Positions 60,839-64,000 of a DNA stretch of 64,000 bases are shown piece by piece (position 1 is the first letter of the stretch; every line of letters starts with the position of its first letter). The notes beneath the pieces are model-generated. The model did not search any database. It was not told where the DNA came from and saw nothing but the letters and a program-made list of their open reading frames with translations. Source of the stretch: Marsupella aquatica (taxonomy: Eukaryota; Plantae; Marchantiophyta); NCBI GenBank assembly GCA_973895155.1, contig OZ316897.1, forward strand, positions 15,685,375 to 15,749,374, given 5' to 3'. Made by a program: the position numbers and the translations under genes.

Positions 60839-61900
60839 ATGAGGCTGCGTAGCGGAAAGTTTGTTTCAGTACGGAGGACCGTAGAGAGGTTGACAGTGGT
60901 GCCACCACTGAGTTCTAACGACCTCGAGGAAGAACTTTTACCAGGCATCCCCAATGGCATCACCCTGAACATGATTACTCCAAAACTTTCTTGGACCGAC
61001 ATTCCGACCCTACATTCCCTAAGTCCTGCTTGGGAGAAGGCAATTCAAGGTGACCTAGTTCACGATGCCAGAGTCCGCACTCAATCTGTAAACACGCATG
61101 CTGTTTTTGCCCGGCGTGTTAACACTAAGATCGAAATTTTTTTAGAAGTGTCGATGCAAGATAATGCTTGGTTTCCGCTTCCTCCAATTCCTGGTCTTCC
61201 CCAAGGATTCCCAGTTCGCTGCGTATGCGTTTCGATGGATTGCAGAATATACATATTGGGAGGAGCACGGTCGTACAGAACAAGGAATTATGCCAAAAGC
61301 TTCAATACTACATATATGCTCGATTTGGCAGGACGGAGAAAATGGAAGCAATGTGCAAATATGACAGAAGCCAGACAAGATTTTGATGTTATTATCGTAG
61401 ATGGGAAGATTAATGTTTCTGGGGGTCATTTGAATGGGGAACCAGTTCGTGGAAAGGAGGTTTACGACCCCAAAGTTGATTCCTGGTGTAGGATCGAGCC
61501 TGTGGCAGCTCCGGAAGTTGCATGATCATCATCGATTTAATTTGTGACAATTGGAAAGGAGCTTTCTTCAGAGAAAGTAGCTTCGATATGTATGACCATT
61601 GGGAAGAGGATGCGGTTCCACTGCTCGGTAATTAAGATAGCATACAGGTCTGTATTGATGTAACTTTATATACCGAATTGTGTTGGAAATACAAGAGACT
61701 ACATCTCATCTCAATAGTCTAAGGCCCGTTCGATCAACTCCTGTAGACATAGCAGGCTTTCCAAATCTCGTCTGATACATTTATTCGTAGGAACTTCAGT
61801 TTTTGGTTATATGACCATGTGGAGAAGGTTGATTCAAGGGCAAGAGTATCACACCCAGAGGGCTCTGTAGACAGGAGGACGACTAGGCGTTTAGGTGTGG
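60839..61900 (+). pseudogene. F-box/kelch-repeat gene, truncated (ORF 60839-61525) or pseudogene
   Basis: F-box-like EELLPGIPNGITLNMITPKLSW. Kelch blades WFPLPPIP..IYILGG..KWKQCANMTEARQDF..KINVSGG..EVYDPKVDSW. Stop at 61523-61525, with paralog homology continuing downstream. Confidence 0.8.
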
Positions 61901-62564
61901 TAGCTTTTAATAGAGTTACAGAACCGGAAGGCTTACGATTTAAGAGATTTTCGGAGTGATCTAAGGCACTGGCTAATTCCATGTGGTCCTGGCTTGGTTT
62001 TTGTGACTTATCGCACGCAATCTGCTAACTAGATGGCAAGGCTGACGTTTTATTCTGAGCAAGAATAGAGGGATTTTCCCTAGAGGAATTAAATGATATT
62101 AATGTTTAATTCTTGGCTGCATAATTTCTCTCATGCACCAATGATGACTGGCATAAACGTCATTTTAACAGTTTGCAAGTCTCAGATTAATCTGTCCCTA
62201 ACACCGATCATCCTATGAGTACACTTGGATGTCACTTAGGTACATCACTACCCGGTAGCTAGTCCTTGTGTATGCCATGCTGGGAGTCACGATTGATGGT
62301 GATGAGATGACTGGCTTTGACATTTTTATTCCCTTTCTGACCAATATTCTTCTAGAGTGGGAGCCCCAAAACCTGAGCTCCCACTCCCATGAGGTGAGGA
62401 ACGGTGCACACTGCACACCATCTACACAATTTAACTTACTGGGATCCACACAATAACATTTTTACGGAGCCTGCACTCCAAAGTCATATGACTTTGAAAT
62501 AATTTTCTCGAATGATTTTCCAAGAGTGGTGTGTTGGCAACACTAGTATCTAGCTTCCTAGTAC

Positions 62565-62770
62565 GTGTTGCACGACCATCTCAGAATATATTGTGACAAT
62601 TTGAAAGGATCACTCATGGAAGGGAGTCTTCTCTCACCACTCGGAAGAGATGGAGTAAGGTTTCCCCAACTTTGTAATTAAGATAGTATCCAAATCCGTA
62701 TGGATGTGAATATATTTTTCAAATTGTGTTGGAAAGAAGAGAGGTCATTTTATTTTGTCATTAGAGAGGC
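62565..62770 (+). pseudogene. Third, more decayed kelch-gene fragment
   Basis: TTGTGACAATTTGAAAGGA..GTAATTAAGATAG..AATTGTGTTGGAAA aligns to 61540-61700. Confidence 0.6.
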
Positions 62771-64000
62771 ATCAACATTTTGTATGAGTTAGGGTTTTGG
62801 CAAGGAGCTCAGACGTGCTTGTGTTGTGTGTTTGCGCTTAACCTAGCACTCAGGAGTGCCTATATCTATATTAACTCCTTGTACGTTTCCAGGGTGCAGC
62901 CAATACATATATACCCATAAAGCCAATGACCCCGTTTCACTCCAGCTGGCCCAAAGGACTTTTAGGCCACAGCCACAACTCCCAGTGACTTTAATTGTGA
63001 ATGGTCTCAATCATGATCCGGGCTTGCAGATGCCGCCCTTAGTGTGCAACCGGTGCACCACTCAAGGTGCCTTCTCAGCCAAGGGTGACTCTAACAACCT
63101 GCAGATTGCAGGTATTAAACTATATAATTGGCTTAGCAATCTAATTAACAGCCACATTGTACTCTATAAACTCTCTACTACACCTTTGTACTCAGGCTAT
63201 ATAGGTACATTGCATTTAATCCCCGATTTAATCTCATGTTTACGTACACAGGGAGGAAATGATGAGTGGAAAAGTTTACTTTTAAGGACTTAAGTCATGG
63301 AGTTGACTCAACTTCAAAGTGAGTAGCATAACTTACTATTAACAACAATTTAATCCCTACTTCAACAAGGCCCGACCTTGCGCTCCGGGTCTTGCGCTTG
63401 TCCTACAAGCTCGGTCAGTCCGGATCTAGCCCCGGATCTTTAGTGCTCTCTTCTCAACTAAGGCCAGGATAACCCATGAATTGCCTCGCAAAAACTAAAC
63501 TTAAGGCCGGGCCAACTGAAGGCCCCTACTCGACCCCTTGCTTCTATTAAGCTAGGTGTTGGACTAAGTATTGAACCTTAAGCTAACAACAAAATAGCAG
63601 ATCGACTAAGAGACTCATTCTCCCGGATAGCCACATCCGCCTTGTCCCTGGGTTCTCGAAGGGCTTCCTCCCATTGTTCCACAATGCCCATCAACATTGT
63701 GGTTTTGTTGAAGAGCCTGGGCCGTTCGACCTCCATGCATGCAGCCACTTGTTTGCGGCCGTGACCATTGTGACCTTGGCCAACTTTGTGTCTGCCACCT
63801 CACATATTGGGCATGGTGCTGAACCAATTCTTCCAGCTCCTTATCTACGTACGTGCTGTAGCGTTTTCTCGATTAAGGCGGCATCAGGTGCTCCTTGGGA
63901 GTTCATCGGTGTACCCCACACATTAGGTATGGTGCTGACACGCGCAATTCTTCCAGCCCTTATCCCCCGGCCTGCTGTCGCTTTTTCTCTTCTCTATTCT

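Noticed and set aside
62856-64000. ORFs 62856-63293 and 63615-63827
   Set aside because: Non-ATG starts or frameshifted frames with no identifiable domain; possibly a TE edge, but unsupported.

Overview
Eukaryotic nuclear DNA from a land plant. A moss-like bryophyte is most likely, judged from the style of the PLS-DYW PPR protein and an RLE-type LINE relic. Host genes: a multi-exon acetyl-CoA synthetase carrying a PTS2 signal (- strand, runs off the left edge); two intronless, lid-less, divergent HSP70 paralogs; a two-exon PLS-DYW PPR RNA-editing factor; an intronless pectin acetylesterase; an intronless double-domain GT2 glycosyltransferase that looks fungal; and decayed F-box/kelch copies. 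About 31.8-49.2 kb consists of two full-length Ty1/copia elements with intact LTRs, PBS, PPT and TSDs, both inserted in one F-box/kelch pseudogene. The first (Copia-A) contains a nested CACTA element, which holds a candidate solo LTR and a 5S rRNA promoter-like segment. The most striking observation is in the second (Copia-B): between pol and the 3' LTR it carries an intact antisense ORF encoding an N-terminal hydrophobic anchor plus an RNase H1 N-terminal/caulimovirus viroplasmin (hybrid/dsRNA-binding) domain. All assignments come from reading the sequence by eye; no database searches were run.
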